The notes beneath the pieces are model-generated. The model was not told where the DNA came from and did not search any database. It saw only the letters and a program-made list of their open reading frames with translations. Both the position numbers and the translations under genes were made by a program. A DNA stretch of 64,000 nt from IMG/VR virus record IMGVR_UViG_3300027909_000003; one strand, 5' to 3'. Positions 59,705 through 64,000 of this stretch are shown piece after piece. The stretch comes from a virus. Each line of letters starts with the position of its first letter. The stretch's first letter is position 1.

Positions 59705-62560
59705 TCATGCAGTAGCAAACGGTTTGTACAATGGACTGACTTCCTCGAGACAGCGCCAACGTTTGATGTAGATCAGTCGGAATCCGTCCTCCTTGATTGA
59801 TCCCTTCCACATGAACCACTGTCCAGCTCTGCCATGTTCGATGATCGGTTTTCCCCACTGCTGGTAGTCCCACCTCTGTACCCGCGTAATGATACTCCCA
59901 GTATCATCCTCCAGGGTCATGTTCAGGAACAAAGGGTCTTTATCAATCAGCTTTCCCCCTCGCTTCACTACGTTACCATACTCATTCAGATCACGCAAAT
60001 TGAGATCAGCAATCTTAGCAAGAAAGACATAGTCTCCCTGGCCCTCGATATCCTTCACACGATAGATCTTCCCACTGATAACATTGAAGTCTTCAGGACG
60101 ATCATAGATCATCTTGAATCGTCGCTCTCCCTCAAAGATGTCATCATACGGAGTTTTTGCCTCACTTAGCAACTTGCGTTGCCCCGGGAGCAGGGCACGT
60201 CCTGAGGAACGACGTGCGATGATGTCTTCAGCCTTCTTCGGTCCAACTCCCTTGATGTTCGTGAGACCACCGATCAACTTACCATCAACAACAGACCACT
60301 CTAGACCAGACCTCTCTGCGTCCACAGGAGTGTACGCAAAGCCTTCCTGCACGAGATCGCGCAATACGTTCACGCCTTGCGCTTCATCCTTTTCGTGCCT
60401 CAAGCAAGCGGCGGCAAACTCCAACGGCCAATGGGCTTTGAGGACGCAGCACCAGTAGCTGATGATTCCATAACTGATGCCGTGACTCTTGTTGAATGCC
60501 CACGAGCCAAACGTGCACATGTTCTCCCAGATCTTCCTTGACTCTTCCTCGTCAATGCCATTCTCAATGGCACCATCACGAAACCGTTCCCAGTACTTGT
60601 TGAAGAACTCCTCGCCCATGCTCTTGCTCATGGCCTTACGAAGCTCACTGACATCTTCCCAAGACAGACGACCAACATCCCTACCGATCGCCATGACCTG
60701 TTCCTGGTAGATCACCACACCATAGGTCATTGCCGTAATCGGTTCTAGCATCGGATGCATATACCGAACGGGTTCCTTTCCAATGCGTCGCTGAATGAAC
60801 GCTGTAGCAGCGCCACAGTGTAGCGGCCCAGGGCGGGCCAGCGCACCAATCACTGCAAGATCATCAAACGTCTCAACCTTCATCTGCCGACACAAGGCCT
60901 GTAGCGCGTAGCCCTCAAATTGGAAAATGCCGCTGTAGCGCTGTGTATTCAATATGCTGAATGCTGCCTCATCATCTAGAGGATATTCTAGCAACCACTT
61001 ACGCGTCTTGCCAATCTGATCAAGGCAATCCTGAAGCACGCTCAAGACGCGCAATCCCAGTGCGTCAATCTTGAGCATGTTCAGTGCTTCAGCATCCTTC
61101 TTGTCCAATTGCACCGCGCCGGAATTGTCGATGGTGCAATAACCGACGATAGGCTCTTGACATACCAGCACACCAGCAGCGTGCTTACCAGTGTGCTGCG
61201 CGTGGCCTTCGAGTATCCCTGCGATGCTCATCGCAGGATACTTTTCCAACAAGGCCTTTCCCACTTCGAGCGTCTCCAACGCATCTTTAACGCAGAACTG
61301 AGCGCGAGCATCACCGGTACTCCGCTCAATGACCGCGTCCTGCACCTTGCGCACTTCCCAAGATGGAATGCTGAGGCCCTTTGCAGTGTCACCCAACGCG
61401 CTCTTTGACTTCAGTCTAGACACAGTACCAATACGGCCAACACGATTCTCTCCATATTTATCACATAGATATGTGATAACCATGTCGCGTCGCGTGTCCT
61501 GGAAGTCAATATCAACATCAGGCAAATCAGCACGCGTCACATCAATGAATCGTTCAAACATCAAGTCGTGCTTTAGAGGATCGACCTCAGTGATTCCCAG
61601 CAAGTAGCAGACCAAACTACCAGCACTAGAACCGCGAGCAGGCCCGACCAGCATGTTGTCCTTTGCCCACACTAACAGGTCAGCAAGCATGAAGAAGTAG
61701 TCTTCGAACTTCTTCTCAGCTATCATGTCGAGCTCGCGTTTCATTCGCTCAAGATAGACATCATCTAGCGTGAGACCGCGTTTCATTGCACCGTCACGAC
61801 ACAGTTGAAGAAGCGACAACTGTGAGGCAATCTTGATGTTCTCAGCACGAGGCAATTCAGCATTACACAGCTTTGCTATCCTGCCAATGTTAACAAATTC
61901 CTCTTCACCTGCCTGCGGAACTGCTAGACATAATTCATCCTCTGCTAGAAGATGCATTGGCGTCGTTCTAGTCAGCTTGTCTCGCTGAGACAAGATCTCA
62001 TAGGCCACCTGATCTTCGAGTCGAGGGTAATGGTTGTCACAAACAACAGTATGCTGGAACCGCACGTCACGAGCAACAGTGTTATTCCATACCATGTTTG
62101 TCGGGCACATTGCCAGGTACACATCATCACTCGGATCAAGCAAATTGGTGTTTGTGCCGTGCCCCATTAGCACAATTACATCTTCACTTAGGTCGTTGAT
62201 GTGCCCATAGCTTACGCGTGGGTAGTAGTAGAAGCCGTGCTTGTTGGCCATGCTAAGCACCACGTACATTTCCTGCAGGCCGTCAGAATTCTTCGCCAGC
62301 AGAGTTGCTAAGCCTCCCGGCTGCCGCTCACGCTTCAAGCAATCAGAAACAACGGGCACTGCCACGCCGTAGATGGGTTTCACATCATGCTTCTTGCATG
62401 CCTTTGTGAATGCGACATAGCCCCAGGTACCTGTATCGGTGATGACAGCACAACGTTCGTCGTGATGAGACAAATGTCTCAACAGCACACTCAGAACGTC
62501 ATCGATTCGACCGAACGCTTTCCTGAACGAGTACTCTGTACGCACCCGTAGCTGAATCAC
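59705..62560 (-). CDS. dnaE: DNA polymerase III alpha subunit (DnaE-type C-family replicase)
   Basis: 951 aa. N-terminal PHP domain (LRVRTEYSF), polymerase core motifs (GPARGSSAGSLVCYLLGIT, DIDIDF), HhH region (GVGPKKAEDI) and a C-terminal OB-like region. GTG start coupled to the upstream ORF. Confidence 0.9.
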   Translation of the reverse strand: MIQLRVRTEYSFRKAFGRIDDVLSVLLRHLSHHDERCAVITDTGTWGYVAFTKACKKHDVKPIYGVAVPVVSDCLKRERQPGGLATLLAKNSDGLQEMYVVLSMANKHGFYYYPRVSYGHINDLSEDVIVLMGHGTNTNLLDPSDDVYLAMCPTNMVWNNTVARDVRFQHTVVCDNHYPRLEDQVAYEILSQRDKLTRTTPMHLLAEDELCLAVPQAGEEEFVNIGRIAKLCNAELPRAENIKIASQLSLLQLCRDGAMKRGLTLDDVYLERMKRELDMIAEKKFEDYFFMLADLLVWAKDNMLVGPARGSSAGSLVCYLLGITEVDPLKHDLMFERFIDVTRADLPDVDIDFQDTRRDMVITYLCDKYGENRVGRIGTVSRLKSKSALGDTAKGLSIPSWEVRKVQDAVIERSTGDARAQFCVKDALETLEVGKALLEKYPAMSIAGILEGHAQHTGKHAAGVLVCQEPIVGYCTIDNSGAVQLDKKDAEALNMLKIDALGLRVLSVLQDCLDQIGKTRKWLLEYPLDDEAAFSILNTQRYSGIFQFEGYALQALCRQMKVETFDDLAVIGALARPGPLHCGAATAFIQRRIGKEPVRYMHPMLEPITAMTYGVVIYQEQVMAIGRDVGRLSWEDVSELRKAMSKSMGEEFFNKYWERFRDGAIENGIDEEESRKIWENMCTFGSWAFNKSHGISYGIISYWCCVLKAHWPLEFAAACLRHEKDEAQGVNVLRDLVQEGFAYTPVDAERSGLEWSVVDGKLIGGLTNIKGVGPKKAEDIIARRSSGRALLPGQRKLLSEAKTPYDDIFEGERRFKMIYDRPEDFNVISGKIYRVKDIEGQGDYVFLAKIADLNLRDLNEYGNVVKRGGKLIDKDPLFLNMTLEDDTGSIITRVQRWDYQQWGKPIIEHGRAGQWFMWKGSIKEDGFRLIYIKRWRCLEEVSPLYKPFATA

Positions 62561-62730
62561 GACTTGCCCTTTCGCAGCTTTAGTCGAATAGCGAAAATTC
62601 GCTCTCGTTCATTGGCAACAAGAGAATCATTAATCAAATTCATTGTAGACAAAGATGTCAACGCTTCGTCATACAATCCCAAGCCGACCAAGACGCGCCT
62701 GATTTCTTTGTCGTTCAGAAAGACTCTCAT
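62557..62730 (-). CDS. Hypothetical small protein (57 aa)
   Basis: Below the cut-off. Manual translation: MRVFLNDKEIRRVLVGLGLYDEALTSLSTMNLINDSLVANERERIFAIRLKLRKGKS. ATGA and GTGA overlaps at the two ends. Confidence 0.5.
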   Translation of the reverse strand: MRVFLNDKEIRRVLVGLGLYDEALTSLSTMNLINDSLVANERERIFAIRLKLRKGKS

Positions 62731-63287
62731 ATGCGATTGTCCTTGGTCCGCAGCCAGCGAAGAATGGTCGCGAGACTACGAGCATCGTCTAACGCACGAT
62801 GTGTGACAGGAGGTTTCTCACCTATCACGCGAGCATATAAATCTTCTTGCTTGAGACGATCTGATTTCTGTCGAGGAACCTCAAGATCCATCGTGAGCTC
62901 AACTGTGCAGATAGGCTCTGGCGGCCAGGGAAACCGCATCAGCATATTCACCCGTGCCAGCTCCCAGTACATGACGCCAAGATCATAGCTGATGTTATGT
63001 GCTAACCATCTACGTTCGCCCAGCACAAAGGTTGTGATAGCCCTCAGCACGCCAGCAAAAGAAGGTGCATCCTGCAGCATCTCAGTAGTGATATTGTTCC
63101 ACTCAGTTACCTGTGCAGGAATAGGCCAGAGAATTTTCGGCTTGATCAAGAAGTGTATGTGATCTTTTTCCTCGAGTGTCTCATCATCCAGCTTCACTGC
63201 GCCAAACTCCATCATCTCTGGCTGCTGGTCCATCGGCACAGTGCTCGGTTTCAACCCACCAGTTGCTTCGGTATCCCAAACGATCAT
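62727..63287 (-). CDS. DEDDh 3'-5' exonuclease (Pol III epsilon-like proofreader candidate)
   Basis: MIVWDTEATG (Exo I), LAHNISYDLGVM (Exo II), HRALDDARSL (Exo III). Lies immediately upstream of dnaE. Confidence 0.8.
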   Translation of the reverse strand: MIVWDTEATGGLKPSTVPMDQQPEMMEFGAVKLDDETLEEKDHIHFLIKPKILWPIPAQVTEWNNITTEMLQDAPSFAGVLRAITTFVLGERRWLAHNISYDLGVMYWELARVNMLMRFPWPPEPICTVELTMDLEVPRQKSDRLKQEDLYARVIGEKPPVTHRALDDARSLATILRWLRTKDNRI

Positions 63288-63619
63288 GGCTGTTTCTCAC
63301 TGATCCTTCGATCCTCTGCCTCAAGCATGAAGCTATACACACCCAGATCGTGTATGCTGTCTACATGCCCAGCGTAAGGCATGGTGACATAGCGCACCAG
63401 CTTACCAACAACCTGCGTTATCAGTCCATATCGTACGAAGTCATCGTGCGTCTGAAGATGAATTCCATTTGGAAACAGAACAATCATCGCATCAGCAAAT
63501 CGCTTTTCGCTATCGCCGTAGTCGCTACGACGATCTTTGTACGTTTGTACAGCTTGCTTGAGAAGTTTCTCTGCCGGTCCTGATTTCATCCCAGCCTCCT
63601 GCTGCGTGGTTGCAGGCAA
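63284..63619 (-). CDS. Hypothetical protein
   Basis: 111-aa ORF in register. Confidence 0.5.
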   Translation of the reverse strand: MPATTQQEAGMKSGPAEKLLKQAVQTYKDRRSDYGDSEKRFADAMIVLFPNGIHLQTHDDFVRYGLITQVVGKLVRYVTMPYAGHVDSIHDLGVYSFMLEAEDRRISEKQP

Positions 63620-64000
63620 ACAATTCCATTCTCTCGGTACATGGCAACAACATCATCATCATCATCCATAGCAAAAGCAATCTTGTTCCCTTGTGCAATC
63701 AAATTGAGCAAGACCTCATTCTTGATAAGCGCTGCCGGTCTACGATCACGTGTGAATCTCATGAATATTAAACCAAAAGGAAGATCGTGCTTACTTAGCC
63801 AATGCTCTGTGATCTGTCTTTTTGAGGAATATCTGCCTGTGCTGTACACAATGCCACCGCCGCGTTGCGACCATGCACGAACCAGCTCTGCTTCAACCAT
63901 ATGAGGGCTATCCAGGTCGCAGAGCCTGTGATACAGCTCATATTCACCTGAATTTGCATAATGTACACGATGCCCATCATCGCACAATGTGCCATCAAGA
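63586..64000 (-). CDS. HAD-superfamily phosphatase (PNK-phosphatase / nucleotidase-like); the 5' end runs off the window
   Basis: The frame is open to the window edge. Manual translation upstream of the track start gives LDGTLCDD (HAD motif I tail DGTL), and a C-terminal AFAMDDDDDVVAMYRENGIVCLQ (motif IV-like). Confidence 0.55.
   Translation of the reverse strand, partial: LDGTLCDDGHRVHYANSGEYELYHRLCDLDSPHMVEAELVRAWSQRGGGIVYSTGRYSSKRQITEHWLSKHDLPFGLIFMRFTRDRRPAALIKNEVLLNLIAQGNKIAFAMDDDDDVVAMYRENGIVCLQPRSRRLG

Noticed and set aside
59705-62560. Possible intein or intron in dnaE, terL or thyX
   Set aside because: All three ORFs are contiguous, of normal length, and show their conserved motifs in normal order and spacing. 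No HNH, LAGLIDADG or GIY-YIG signatures were noticed.
1-64000. CRISPR arrays, tRNA/tmRNA genes, integrase/excisionase, transposases, reverse transcriptase (DGR or retron), toxin-antitoxin pairs
   Set aside because: No regularly spaced direct repeats were seen, nor a T-loop GGTTCGAAT-type tRNA signature in a cloverleaf context. No recombinase or RT motifs appear in any ORF translation. The tRNA scan was by eye only and should be repeated with tRNAscan-SE or ARAGORN.

Overview
The window reads as most of a tailed dsDNA phage genome with siphovirus-like organisation. I saw no integrase, repressor, transposase, CRISPR array, rRNA or obvious tRNA, but this was a by-eye scan, not an exhaustive one. 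Coding density is very high and almost every gene junction is an ATGA, GTGA or TTGA start/stop overlap, which I used to refine starts.

There are three transcription blocks:
- Block 1, minus strand, 12195 down to 1: RHH-like protein, SNF2 helicase, a GC-rich histone-H1-like gene, VRR-NUC nuclease, UvrD-like helicase and AEP primase-polymerase. A GGTTTTG iteron and palindrome region follows, then a flavoenzyme, a SAM methyltransferase, ThyX and a partial carbamoyltransferase.
- Block 2, plus strand, 12826-27987: about 35 mostly small orphan ORFs. They include a J-domain protein, CxxCxGxG zinc-finger proteins, a DEDDh exonuclease, secreted or membrane proteins, and a visibly GC-richer sub-block at about 24.7-27.0 kb.
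- Block 3, minus strand, 64000 down to 28234: HAD phosphatase (partial), DEDDh exonuclease, DnaE-type Pol III alpha, a second exonuclease, TerL, portal, MuF-like protein, scaffold/protease, decoration protein and major capsid protein. Connectors, a glycosyltransferase/methyltransferase cassette, tail genes, tape measure, distal tail and fibre proteins and a lysis cassette ending in an M15 endolysin follow.

Most noteworthy observations:
- A translationally coupled GT9-MTase / GT2 / C-methyltransferase / small ORF / GT4 cassette sits in the middle of the virion operon.
- The portal-like protein carries a C-terminal 2H-phosphoesterase (Acb1/LigT-like) domain.
- A family of very GC-rich, CCTAGG-studded low-complexity islands lies at strand-switch regions, at ORF ends and in frame inside an ORF.
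- A roughly 600-bp non-coding region rich in nested and mutually exclusive stems precedes the plus-strand block, and part of it is repeated upstream of the first three plus-strand genes.

Functional calls rest on motif recognition in the supplied translations and on my own manual translations. No database search or numeric computation was run, and GC statements are visual judgements.
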